Shown here: piece by piece, positions 36,950 to 49,439 of the stretch
How positions within the stretch are numbered: the first letter of the stretch is position 1
How the letters are laid out: the number at the start of each line of letters is the position of its first letter
From: Felis catus
Lineage: Eukaryota
DNA length: 64,000 bases
NCBI RefSeq assembly: GCF_018350175.1
Contig: NC_058373.1
Span: 112,284,001-112,348,000, forward strand
Reading direction: 5' to 3'
Notes under the pieces: model-generated
Databases searched by the model: none
What the model saw: the letters and a program-made list of their open reading frames with translations, nothing else
Told to the model about the DNA's origin: nothing
Position numbers and translations under genes: made by a program

Positions 36950-37170
36950 TACTTGGAATAGTGGGCTCTGGATTAGACCACCTGGGTTTATACCTAAATT
37001 AAATGAAGTTAAATTTTTAGAGTTACTTAACTTTTCTAAGCTATGGTTTTCTCATCTGTAAAATGGGGAGTAATACCAATGTCTGCCCTAGAGGGTTGTT
37101 GTGATAAGTGAGGTAACTGTAAACATTTAATGAACATGCCCACATAATTACTCATTAAATGTTTGTTTAT
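36950..37170 (+). mobile_element. MIR
   Basis: agttacttaacttttctaagctatggttttctcatctgtaaaatgggg core. Confidence 0.75.
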
Positions 37171-37231
37171 TGTAATAACTTTGAATGTAATTACCTTTAT
37201 AAACATGGTAATGGAAATCCATAAATATAAC

Positions 37232-37360
37232 TTATTATTATTATTATTATTATTATTTTATTATTATTTTTAAGTAAGCGCTTTGTGTGATGTGAGGCTT
37301 GACTCATGACCCTGAGATTAAGAGTTGCATGCTCTACTGACTGAGCCAGTCTGCTACCCC
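37232..37360 (-). mobile_element. Short old Can-SINE lacking the CT region, with (TTA)n tail
   Basis: catgaccctgagattaagagttgcatgctctactgactgagccag. Confidence 0.8.
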
Positions 37361-38282
37361 ACTAATACATCTTTTAGATAACTGATCTAGTCATGGTTTA
37401 TCTTCATGCTGTTTTTCCATTATTTCGTATTATCTTCTTTTAGGAGCAGCATTAAAGATTATTATTATACTGGGGTTGTCTTGATCTAAATTCTTATTTT
37501 CTATCTTAAATTTTGGGCTGTTAGGGTAAGAAGATGGTATTTGTAGTGTAATAACTAATGACAATTTGAGATTTTTGATATATACATTTAAAGTAAAGTA
37601 TAGATGGGAAACTGTTTCTGATATTCTTTAAGTCTTATTAAGATCTGTGGAGAAAACTGCCTCTACCTATGTGGGTAATTTAATGGAGTTCTATTCTATA
37701 GTAAAGAAAGTAGAACAGTTTTAAATATTATACAAATGATGCAGTAATACAGGGTGGTAAAGCAATAGTAAAATAAAACTACATAGATGATTGTTGATTT
37801 GTAGAAGAGAGATTTTTAATTGGTAGATGAGGAAAAGAGTAAGCCCCAGGGATAAGGAGCCAAGACTTGGGCCTGATTGTGCTTGGATTGAAGTAACAAT
37901 TAGTTGGGGTATAAGGCAAAGGAATATTATGTATAAAAAGGGGGAAATACTTATGAAATATCAGATGCCAAAAGAAAATCTGTAGAATTTACAGCATTGT
38001 GCAGATCGGTCTGTGAAGTATTATTAGGTGGAAAAAAACCCTGTCAACTATACATTATGGTGAAACATTCATGCTTTTCTGATTTTTAATGCAATTCAGA
38101 AGTGGGTCATATCTAATATATGAGAAACTTGAAATGGAGATCCCCTACCCGCATAGTAGGAACTGATAAGCAAAATAATTATGGATCTGATTTTATTACT
38201 CTGTTGTTTTCCTGCCCATGATTAATATATTAGTCTGACTGTAGTCTGACTTGTTAACAAACAATACAGACCAGTTCAATAT

Positions 38283-38628
38283 TGTCTTAGTCCTTTTGGG
38301 TTGCTCTAATAAAGTACCATAGACTGGGTGGCTTGTAAACAACAGAAATTTATTTTTCATGTTTCTAGAGGCTGGCAAATCTAAGATCAAGGTACCAGCC
38401 GCTGATCTGATGTCCAGTGAGGGTCCACTTCCTGGTTGATAGACAGCTATCTTCTCTTTGTCTTCTCACATGGCAAAAGTGGGAAGGGAAGTCTCTGGGT
38501 CTCTTTTTTAAGGGCACTAATTCCATCCTTATGACCCCATCACCTCCCAAAGGCCTCACCTTCAAACATCATCGCATTGATTTTCACATCATGAATTTTG
38601 GGAGGACACAAACATTCAGCATGTGGCA
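38283..38628 (-). mobile_element. MaLR solo LTR (MLT1A-like)
   Basis: tgtcttagtcc...taccatagactgggtggctt...aacagaaatttatt...ggacacaaacattcag. Confidence 0.88.
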
Positions 38629-38776
38629 AGCATGTGATTTGCTTCACATTATGTGAGGCTAAAACCACTAAATATTTATAGTGCCATCCATCCTTTGAGT
38701 ATGAGGAGTTAGTTGTAAAGTAGGTTTACATTTTAAGTCATTTATATATTAAAAACACTTGCCAAGTACTGTATGA

Positions 38777-39000
38777 CAGAATTTACCAAACTTTTTCTGT
38801 AAAAGGCCAGATAGTAAATATTTTGGGCTTTCTGGATTATATGATTTCTGTCACAGCTATTCAGGTCTGCCTTTGTAGCATGAAAGTAGTCATAAACAGT
38901 ATGTAAATGCATGAGCACGACTGTATTCCAATAAAACTTTATTTATAAAAATGGATTGTGGGCCAGAGTTGGCACAAGAGCCATAGTTTGCTAAACCATG
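38777..39000. mobile_element. MER58A-like hAT-Charlie element
   Basis: aaactttttctgtaaaaggccagatagtaaatatttt...ttccaataaaactttattt...gccatagtttgc. Confidence 0.88.
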
Positions 39001-39084
39001 CTCCAAGACATAGTCTGTGTTAGAAAAGTATAATTCCAAATTACTTGTGTGTGAATTGAACTTTTATGTTAGTTAAAATTTACA

Positions 39085-39520
39085 TTTATAAACCATCACA
39101 AGACTTAGTGGCTTAAAACTACAGTTTAATGCCTCTCACATTTCTACAGATTAACTCAGTGGTTCTGCTGTAGGTGGCATTAGTTGGGGTTCTGGTATAG
39201 CTGCAGTCGTCTGGAGGCTTAAATGGGACTGTTGTCCAGGGCCTTGGTTCTCCTACATGTGGATTTATCCACATGGCTGATTCATTAGCCTCATGGTGTG
39301 ATGGCTGGGTTCCAAGAAGCATTCCAAGAGCAAGCATTATGAGAGGGAGGAAGCAGAAGCTGCCAGCCCAATTAAGGAATAGGCCTGAAACTGGCACAGC
39401 TTCATTTTCACCATTTTTTATTGGTCATAGCACTAGCCCAGAGTCACCGTGGGAAGAGACTAGGAATACTAGGAAGAGTGGTTAGTTGGGGGTCGTCAAA
39501 GTAACTGTCTATTGCAGAAT
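39085..39520 (-). mobile_element. Old MaLR LTR (MLT1G/H-like)
   Basis: acttagtggcttaaaac...gaggaagcagaagctgccag...ggcctgaaactggcacagc. Confidence 0.65.
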
Positions 39521-40211
39521 TGTTCAAATTGAACTAGCTTTAGTAAAGAGGAAATTTGTTATAAGAATAATGGGGTGTCTAATCTCATAAAACTTAAGTA
39601 TAGGATGAAGCCTTAGGAATATTGGATCTAGGGTTTGAAGGTCCTCAGGACTGTTTTTCATTTTTGCTTTGTTCTGTAAGTTTTATTTTCTTTCACCACA
39701 GATTTGCCTTTTTCACAATGGAAAAAACAGTGCCATCAACAGTTTCTGTATTATTTACATCTTACCATTTCAGCCATCCAGAGAAGGACTGACTTTATTT
39801 TCACAGTTGTGTTTCTAAAATTTTTGAGGAAGAACTTTGTCCTGGACCAGTCATCTGTGATCAAAGGATAGAGGTTATGCTGTACCAACCATGTGGACAG
39901 GAGCAGGGTCAGTTAACAGAAAAATGATGCTGAATATATTATCCTAAAATAGTTTACTTATTTCTTCCCTAACCATCTGTTTATTAAGATAAAATAATTT
40001 CATAAATAATTTGTTTCCCCACTGCAGGACTAATTTACTTCTTTCTTCAGCTATCTGCCTACAGATATTTCATTTTTTGGAGAGTAGACTAAAGTAAGGA
40101 CTGAGATTAGTTCAGTATCTTGAATATTCATAATAATCTCTTACTGCTTTGAGTAGGGGACAGCAGCATTTAGTATATACTATCTCACTTTGCCACTGTT
40201 AATATAGAATC

Positions 40212-40302
40212 AAATATGAAAGTTATCTTACTGTGCTGTTACTCATTGATTTCCAGGATTGATTTGGCTGATCTCGCTGGCTAAGTGAGTATATTTTTCC
40301 TT
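40212..40302 (+). pseudogene. 7SK snRNA pseudogene fragment (5' about 95 nt)
   Basis: 40244-40292 matches recalled 7SK CATTGATCGCCAGGGTTGATTCGGCTGATCTGGCTGGCTAGGCGGGTGT at 40 of 49 positions without gaps. Confidence 0.85.
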
Positions 40303-40344
40303 TGGAAAGGGTGTACTTACATACATGAAAGCAAGTAACTATAA

Positions 40345-40546
40345 GGGATACCTGGTTGGCTCATTCAGTTAAGCGTCCAACTTCAGCTCAGGTCGTGATC
40401 TCGTGGTCCCTGAGTTCAAGCCCCGTGTCAGGCTCTGCACTAACAGCTCAAGAGCATGGAGCTGGCTTTGGATTCTGTGTCTCCCTCTCCTTCTACCCCT
40501 CCCTTGCTTGCACTGTCTCTCTCGAAAATAAATAAACATTAAAAAA
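40345..40546 (+). mobile_element. Can-SINE
   Basis: TSD caagtaaStataag at 40332-40345 and 40547-40560. Confidence 0.92.
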
Positions 40547-40666
40547 CAAGTAAGTATAAGACAGAGTGAAGAGCCATAATAGAAGTATAAGCAACATACT
40601 GTGGGTGCACAGAGGAAGGAACAATGAATTTAGACTGAAGAATGGCTGTAGAGGGATGGTATGGTA

Positions 40667-40850
40667 TTTTTTATTTTATTTTATTTTATTTTATTTTATT
40701 TTATTTTATTTTATTTTATTTTATTTTATTTTATTATTTTATTATTTTATTTTATTTTATTTTATTTTTATTTTTTTATTTATTTTATTTTATTTTTATT
40801 TTATTTCTATAATTTATTTTTTATAATTTGCATCCAAGTTAGCATATGGA
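40667..40850 (-). mobile_element. Minimal L1 insertion: about 22 nt of L1 3' end plus a (TTTTA)n tail
   Basis: catccaagttagcatat resembles the L1 termini at 9374 and 46422; flanking repeat gagggatggta at 40651 and 40852. Confidence 0.8.
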
Positions 40851-42947
40851 GGAGGGATGGTATTTTAAAGAAGGTAGTGTTTGAGTGGGGCCTGGAAGAA
40901 TGAATAACCCATCCTGGGAAAAGCAAGGAAAGATAATCTGGCTGTCAGGTTTTTTTGGCTGCTGAAGGGGTGGCACTAGAATGTCTTGGCTAAAGTAGAT
41001 GAACTTAAATATAGGTATAGGAAATTCAGTATGAACAGCTACATGACTTATCTGATTTAACCTTCCTTAATTAGAATTACAAGAGCTAACTTGGTTTTGC
41101 TACATTCAGGCCTTAGGTGACTGTGTGGTAGTTTGAAGTTTAAGAATTAGATTTTTTAATTAAGTAGTTTATCTCAAAGACTCAGATTTTTAGATATAGA
41201 ACTTTAAGGATTATCTGGGCAAACCCATTCTACTAGGTAAAGAAACTAAGACCCAGTTAAATGACTTATTTAGGGTTACATGATAAAGTATGGGGTTAAA
41301 ACCCAGGGCACCTTACTCGTAGTCTTGGGTATTAAAAACATTATACAGTGTATCCTTTGTAGTAAGATGATTTACCCCAGTATACACCCATTTGAATTTC
41401 CTGCTGTAACATTTTTTAAATGTGAGATATAACATGCATACAGTAAAACGCACAAATGTTAATTGCACAGCATAATGAATTTTTCATGTATATAGACTCT
41501 TGTAAGTACCACCCGAGATCAAGATATGGAGCATTTCCAGCACTCCAGAATCTTCCTTCATGCCTTTTACTAGTCAATATCCATTTCCCATGCCACGCCC
41601 AAGTAATCACTATTCTGATTCTTGTCCTCAGGGATTACTTTTGCCTATTCTTGAACTTTGTATAAATAGAATGACTTCTGTCACTCATCATTATGTCTAT
41701 GATATTCATCCATGTTGTGTGTAGCAGTTGTTCATTTTATTGCTATGTAGTATTCCATTGAATGAATGGATCATTATTCTTCTGTTAATAGACATTTGAA
41801 TTATTGCTAGTTTTGACTATTGTTAATAAAGCTATTATAAATATGATTTTGTATGTCTTTTGATGAGTAAATTGCCTCATAGGTGTAGAATTGCTGGGTT
41901 GTCATTTCCCAAAAAAGTTTTACCATTTTCTATCCCCACCAGCAAAGGAAAATAGTTTCAGTGTTCTGCATTCTTGTCAAAATTTGGTGTTGTCAATCTT
42001 TTTACTTTTAGCTGTCCTGGTCAGTGTATAGTGGTTTCTGATTTACATTTCCCAGATGAGTAATGATGTTGAGCACCTTTTAATATATTAAGATATATTA
42101 AATATTTAATATTTTAAATACATTTTTTAATAGGGCTGTCTTACAGATTTGTAGGAATTCTTTATAATTCTGAATGTAAGTATTTTGGACATATATATGG
42201 CAAATATCTCCTTCCAGTCTGTGGCTAGTCTTTTCATTCTCTTAATAGTGTCTTTTAATAAATAAAAATTCTTAGTATTAATGAAGTTTCATTTATTAAA
42301 TGAGTAATTTACTCATTTAATTAACGTTATTCACGTTAATTTACTATAAGTAAATTAAATTTTATGTGTAGTGGGTTACTTACTATAAGATCATGAACAT
42401 ATTCTCCAAAATTTTCTTCTAGAAGCTTTATTGCTTTCCCCTGTACTTGAACTTTTTTGGTGCATTTCAGATTAATTTGTATGAATGAGGCAAGGTAGAA
42501 ATCAGTAGCTTTTTTTTTTTTTTTTTTTTTAACAGCCTATGGATATCCATTTGCTCCTACTCGATTGTAGGGTACCTTTGATATAAATCAGATGGCTCTG
42601 TTTCTAGAGTGTATATTGTGTTCCACTGGTCTGTTTGTGTATCCTCACACCAGTATTATCCTGTCTTAGTTACTAGGAATTTATATTGAGTCTTGATACC
42701 TGGTGGTATAGGTTTTCCAATTTTTTTTCTCCTTCAGTGTTTTTCTTTTTGAGGGGAGCTATACTTCATATACTAATACTAAATACATATGCATCTAGAA
42801 TCATTATAATACAAAAATCGATTGGTATTACATTTGGGATTGCATTGAAGCTGTACATCGATTTGGACAGAATTGGCATCTTTAACAATATAGAATCTTC
42901 CATTCTATAAACCTGTAGACATGGATATCTATCTGTTTACTTGGATA

Positions 42948-43152
42948 ATTTTTTAAAAAAATGTTTATTTATTTTGGAGAGAGAGAGCATGAGCTGGGGA
43001 GGGGCAGAGAGAGGGAGACACAGAATCCAAAGAAGGCTCCAGGTTCTGAGCTGTCAGCACAGAGCCCAACGCAGGACTCGAACTCACGAAGTGTGAGATC
43101 ATGACCTGAGCCGAAGTTGGACGCTTAACTGACTGAGCCACCCAGGTGACCC
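42948..43152 (-). mobile_element. Can-SINE
   Basis: Reverse-complement head; degenerate TSD ctRtttRcttggat. Confidence 0.9.
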
Positions 43153-43209
43153 TCTATTTGCTTGGATCTTTAAGTTCTCTCAGCAGTGTTTTATGATATT
43201 CAGATAATT

Positions 43210-43425
43210 CTATTTTATTTTTTTAATCTATTTTTTTTTTTTTTTGAGAGAGAGAGAGAGAGAGAGTGTGAGAGGGGTAGGGGCAGAGAGAGAAGGAGAC
43301 ACAGAATCCAAAGCAGGCACCAGTCTCCAAGCTGTCAGCCCAGAGCTCAATGTGGGGCTTGAACTCAAGAATCATGAGATCATGACCTGAGCCGAACTTA
43401 ACCGACTGAGCCATCCAGGTACCCC
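43210..43425 (-). mobile_element. Can-SINE
   Basis: Reverse-complement head; TSD tgRtattcag. Confidence 0.9.
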
Positions 43426-45682
43426 TTTGGTATTCAGTTTAGATGTCTCATACATCTTTGGTTTATGGCTAGATATTTGATGTTTCAAAGATGCTGTTGT
43501 AAAGGATATAGTTTATTTAAATTTCATTTTCCAATTGTTTCATATTAATACATAGAAATACCACTGATTTCTGTATTTTCATCTGTAAACCACAACCTTC
43601 CTAATCACTTTAATATTTCATAGTGTGTAGATTTTTTTTTGTATTTTCTATGCAGCAATATCATCTGGGGGTAATGATATTACTTACTCCTTTCCAGTCT
43701 TTGTACATTTTTTCTTTGTTCCTTATTGCAGTGGCCAAGACTTTCAGAACAATAGTAATAGAAATAGTGATCGTTTTATTCCTAAACTTAGAGGAGAAAA
43801 TATTTAGTATTTCAATATCAATTATTTTGTTGGCTGTAGGTTTTTGTAGGTATCTTTATCAGATTAAAGAAGTTCCCATCCATTTCTAGTTCTCTGAATC
43901 ATTAATGGCTGTAAGTTTTATCAAATGTTTTTCTGCTTTTATTGAGATAATCTGGTTTGTGTTTTTAAGTATATAATATGATGAATTACACTGATTGATT
44001 TCAGTGTTAAACTATCCTGTTACTCCTAGGATAAATCCAACTTTGTCATGATGTATAATTGGATTCAATTTGTTGATATTTTATTTAGGATTTTTACATC
44101 TATTGATAAGAAATATTAGCCTGTATTTTCCTTTCTTGTAAAATTTTTGTCAGGTTTTGATATGAAGATTTGCTGACCTCATAAAAACTATTGGGAAGTG
44201 TTCTTTTTGTCTCCCTTTTCAATCCTCTGAAGGAGTTTGTGTTAGATTGGTATATTTCATCTGTACTAGGAAAGAATGTTTATTCTGAAGTTTGTTGATG
44301 TTAGTGTTAATTGAGTTGTTCAAATCTTTTAAAGACTTTTTTTCCCTGTTTTTATCAGTACGACGAAAGAATCTTAAAATCACCACTATGATTGTATCTC
44401 TTTTCTTTTCAGTTTTTTTCAGCTTTTCCTTTATATATTCTGGAACTCTTATTAGGTATATAAAAAGTTAGGATTGTTACAATTTATGGTTGAACCATTA
44501 TGTCATTATGAAATGTCCTTCTTTATCTCTAGTAGTATTTCTTGCTTTGAGGTCTACTTTGAACTTCTGTTAAGATAGTCACTCAGTCTTTTCATCAGTA
44601 ATTCTGTGGTTTACTTTTTTCATTCCTTTTATTTCAACCTATCTTATTCTTATATTTAAGACACTTATATTTAAGTGTCTTTTGGAAATAGCATATTATT
44701 CAGTCATGTTTGTTTAATTCAGTTTGACAATCTGTGTTTTAACTGGAATGTTTATTCTGTTTATATTTAATGTAATTACTAATAATAGTTGGATAGAAAT
44801 CTATCATTTCTCTTGTTATTTTCTCTCTCATATTCTTTCTTTTTTTTGTTCTTTAAAATTTTTCTATTTTTTGATTTGCCAAGTTTTCTAAATTTCATTT
44901 TTATTAGCTTTTTGTTTAGAGCTTCCATAATTATAATTTTTTTAGTTATCATAGAGATTTTAATATTTTATTAGTATCAGTACTTTTACCACTTATTGAA
45001 CAATGGAAAACTTAGCACAGTTTAATTTCATTTACTCCTTCTCTGCTGTTTGTTTATATGTTTTACTTCAACATGTGTTATAAACCACATAGACATTTTT
45101 TAAACAATCAGTGTTCTTTTGTATTTATCCACATATATACTCTTTCTAGTGCCCTTCATTTACTTTTGGAGTTCTTTGCTACCATCTGGGATAATTTCCC
45201 TTTTCCCTGAAGAAATTCCTTTAATATTTCATCTAGTGCTGATCTGCTAAATGCAGATTTTCTTAGCTTTTGTCTGTGAATGTCTCTATTTTGACTTTTT
45301 GAAGAAAAATTTTCCTCATGCTGAATTCTAGGTTGGTATCTTTTATTCTTTCAACACTACAAATACTCCTTTTCTGGCTACCATAATTTTTGTTGAAAGT
45401 CAGCCATCAGTCTTATTGTTGCTCCTTTAAAAGTAATGTGCATTTTTTGACTGCTTTAACAAATTTTTTTTGTTTGTAGTTTATAACAGTTTGTGTAGTG
45501 TCTAAGCATGATTTTATTTGCATTCATCTTTTGCAGGAAAAATTTTAAATAAATAAATATTTTAAGTGTTTCCACCCTAATCTCTCTCCTCTCTCCTCAA
45601 CTTGTTAGATGTTTTGTCATCATTAGATGTCATATGTCTGTTGTGCTTATTCTTTTCTTTCTATGAGTTAGGTATTTCTACT

Positions 45683-45897
45683 GTTTGTTTGTTTTTTTAA
45701 GGATATTTATTTATTTTGAGAGAGAGAGAGAGAGAGAATGCAGGAGAGGGGCAGAGAGAGGTAAAGAGAATCCCAAGCAGGCTCTGCACTGTTAGCACAG
45801 AGCCTGATGCTGGAATTGATCCTGTGAACTGTGAGATCATGACCTGAGCCAATATCAAGAGTCAGATGCCTAACTGATTGAGCCACCCAGGCGCCCC
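45683..45897 (-). mobile_element. Can-SINE
   Basis: (AG)n stretch and reverse-complement head gagccacccaggcgcccc. Confidence 0.9.
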
Positions 45898-46382
45898 ATC
45901 TACTAACTTGTTTTTTAAGCTTACTAGTTCTCTCGTTTGCTGTGCCCAGACAAATATTAAATCCATCCAGTGAATTTAAGTTAATTTATCTTATTTTTTC
46001 AATTCTAAGAAGTCTGTGTGATTCTTTTTTTAATAGATTTCCATTTTTTTGTTGACTGTCTTCATACTTTTATATATTTTGTCTACTTTTTTCTCTGTTT
46101 ATGAACATATTAATAATTGCTTGAAGTCTTTGCTTATTCCACTACCTGCATCATTTCTGACTGCTTCTGTTTTCTGCTTTTTGTCTTGATTACAGGTCAT
46201 ATTTTCTTGTCTCTTCACATATGTTGTTAAGGAAGGAAAAAATATACCATGAATAATAGTGAAAAGTAGAGTAGTTATATGAATAGATGTTCATTTTTTT
46301 AAAGTTGTATAGTAAACAATATATAATTTAACTAGATAGAGGCTGAAAAAAATCTCTTCCTCCAGAGATGGTTTTCCTTTTC

Positions 46383-46760
46383 TTTTCTCTTTTTTTTTCA
46401 TTTTTTATTTTTTAAAATTTTCATCCAAATTAGCATATAGTTCAACAATGATTTCAGGAGTAGATTCCTTAGTGCCCCATTTAGCCCATCCCCTCTCCCA
46501 CAACCCCTCCAGTAACCCACAGTTTGTTCTCCATATTTGAGTCTCTTCTGTTTTGTCCCTCTCCCTGTTTTTATATTATTTTTGTTTCCCTTCCCTTATG
46601 TTCATCTGTTTTGTCTCTTAAAGTCCTCATATGAGTGAAATCATATGATTTTTGTCTTTCTCTGACTGACTCATTTCACTCGCATAATATCCTCCAGTTC
46701 CATCCATGTAGTTGCAAATGGCAAGATTTCATTCTTTTTGATTGCCAAGTAATACTCCGT

Positions 46761-46791
<31 letters not shown>

Positions 46792-47032
46792 ATACACACC
46801 ACATCTTCATCCATTCATCCATCAATGGACATTTGGGCTCTTTCCATACTTTGGCTATTGTTGATAGTGCTGCTATAAACATGGGGGTGCATGTGTCCCT
46901 TCGAAATAGCACGCCTGTATCCCGTGGACAAATGTCTAGTAGTGCAATTGCTGGGTTGTAGGCTAGTTCTGGTTTTAGTTTTTGAGGAACCTCCATACTG
47001 TTTTCCAGAGTGGCTGCACCAGCTTGCATTCT
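46383..47032 (-). mobile_element. 5'-truncated carnivore L1 (650 bp) with internal (TG)n
   Basis: ORF2 C-terminal peptide [23 protein letters not shown]; perfect 20-bp TSD cagagatggttttccttttc at 46363-46382 and 47033-47052. Confidence 0.96.
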
Positions 47033-47811
47033 CAGAGATGGTTTTCCTTTTCAACTGTTGAGCCAACTGGCTGTGGTGCTGACACTACAGTTTAATTAAG
47101 AATTGAACTAAATTTAATTAGGGTCAGTCTGGATTGCAGTTTTGGTAAGATTTAGTTAGTCATGTCTCTTTTGCCAATCTTGAGTTACTAGGTTTTTGAC
47201 TGAGAAACTGTCAGGTTGTTTCTTTACCATCTAGAAGATTACAGGAGATTCAAGTCTGTTCTTTGGAAGTTTTGAGGTTGGCCTTTTGATCTCTTGCTTC
47301 ACACTGCTTCAAATTCAGGCAAATATTGAAAACCTGCTTATGGTTATTTCCTTTTTCTAGCAGGTTTTTTGCTAAGTACCATGAGACTGAGGGAGATTTC
47401 ACTCTGCCATTCTAGCTCATTCTCCCAGCGTCCTGCATCACCATAGAACTCAGCAAATATCCCTTTTAGCCTTGCATTTGTCACTTTCTAATTTTTAGTC
47501 CACCACTCTAAAAAGCTCTGCTGCTTTCTGTTTTTACCAGTCCTTCTGCCTGGATCAATCTCCATTCTCAGTTAGTGCCCAGAATGTTTAAATGCTCCTG
47601 GGAAAGAAATAGCAGGTGATTGTCAACTCAGCTAGCACGGGCTCTTCTCTTTTGGAATTTTAGTTTATCTACTTCTTACTTCATAAGCTCTCTGATATCT
47701 TAAGAATAGGATTTCATTCACTTTTTGCTTTTGAGATATCACAGTAACTGATGTCTTTAAAGATTGAAGCAGTGAACTGTATTTTTTTCTGGTTATAAAA
47801 GTAATACATGC

Positions 47812-48246
47812 TGTATTAACTTTTGCTGAGTTAGGCTGCATAACAGATTACAATACTTCAGTATTTCATTGGCTTACAATAGCAAAGGTTTATGTTTTGC
47901 TCTTGCTACGTGTTAGCTAAGGCTGGCAGTAGCTTTGCTCTTGCTCCATGTGTCTTATGATTCTGAGATCCAGGCTGGAGAACAACTTCTATTTGGGACA
48001 TGCTGTTCTTATAACAGGGAAAAAAAGAAAGAAATCTGGCAGAAATACACAGTGGCTCTTGAAACTTCTGGTTGGATGTTTGTTTATATGTCATTGGCCA
48101 AAGCAAATCAATAGCCAAAGTCAGTGGGGCAGAGATGTTTACTTCTCTATAAGAGTACTGTCAGCTACTTAGGAACAGGTGGAGAGGATTATCTTTTTGA
48201 AGGAAGGTGGAAAGAATAATTACAAATTATAATAAAATTTACCACA
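47812..48246 (-). mobile_element. Old MaLR LTR (MLT1J-like)
   Basis: gttaggctgcataaca...ggcttacaatagcaaaggtttat...tcattggccaaagcaaatca...ttaccaca. Confidence 0.65.
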
Positions 48247-49439
48247 CATACGAACTGAAAATAAATACAGAGGTGTGTAGTATTTCTAGTAGAATTCTAC
48301 CTTCTGCCCTGTAAGGTCATCAGTGGTGATACTTTGGTGTATATTCAGGATTGAAACCTTCCTGTTATGCTAATCTGATAGTTCTTTGAAAATGATAATC
48401 TTGACATAAATTAGAAATAAGATTTTGTCTTTTTAACTATTTACTCATAATTACAGAAGAGCCCTTAAACTGGTTACATTTAGTTCTTCCTTTGCCAGGT
48501 AGTCCCCGACTTACTATAATTAATTTTCAATTTACTTATTTATTACTTTAAATTTACTTCAATTTATAATATTTCAGTTTCTAAATATAAACCATCTTTA
48601 GCCAAAATTTGGGTCTGATCCATGACATGTAGTATCATCACTTTCTTATTCTCTGAGAGAAGATAAAATTCAGAATTGTGGAATTTTGTAAAGGGTATAT
48701 TTTTTAAGGGAAAGAGTGCTAGAAATAAAAGTTAACAAAAAATTCTTGGTCCAGCTCAACTATTTCTACCTAATGTATTTCACAGTAAGTTTAAAATGGG
48801 TCAAACAGACACCCTGTTAGAATGAGACTACCCATGAAGAAGGTTAGGTTTATTTAGTCATTTATAGATGTTTTCATATTGAGAGCAATTTTAGTGCTTC
48901 AGATTTCATGAAGGGGTTTCATTGGCAGGGAAAAGTGCAAGTAACTTTATACAAATTGAGGAGGGCAAGACTCATGTGTGCATTTGGACTCTGAAAGGCT
49001 CTTAGCATTTGGGCCATAGAAGAAAAGGGAGGTGAAAGAGGGCTGGGAAAAATGGTCTAATGTGTAATTTTGCCTTAGGTCCAACCCAATGGAGTTTGGC
49101 ATGCCAATGAAAATTAAATTTACAAGACAGGTTGGTGTTGTTGGTACCATGGAAGAGTGACTTGAATGAGGCACATTTGGATTCAGATTCTTTTCTAGTT
49201 GTGTGACTAAAATGCTGTGTGATTTGGGCAGTTTATTTAAGTTGTATTTATAAAATAGAAATAATGATTGATTTATTGATCCAATCTTTAAATTGTCCTT
49301 CTGTTCCTTCAGTCATCACTTCCTCTTTTATCTAACTTAAATTTTATAGGTTTTTTATTATCTGTAGCATACATTCTCAGCTCCCTGGCATTTACCCCTT
49401 AACTTTCTTGTCTGACTCTAAGTTGGTCATACTCAGAAA

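Larger units (their letters stand above)
41412..46250 (-). mobile_element. Ancient L1M fragments, interrupted by SINEs
   Basis: gattcatccatgttg, gagtaatgatgttgagcacctttt, gggattgcattgaa, gaaagtcagccatcagtcttattgttgctcctt. Confidence 0.75.

Noticed and set aside
40566..40903. Hydrophobic F/I/L/Y-rich ORFs
   Set aside because: Translation of the (TTTTA)n repeat.
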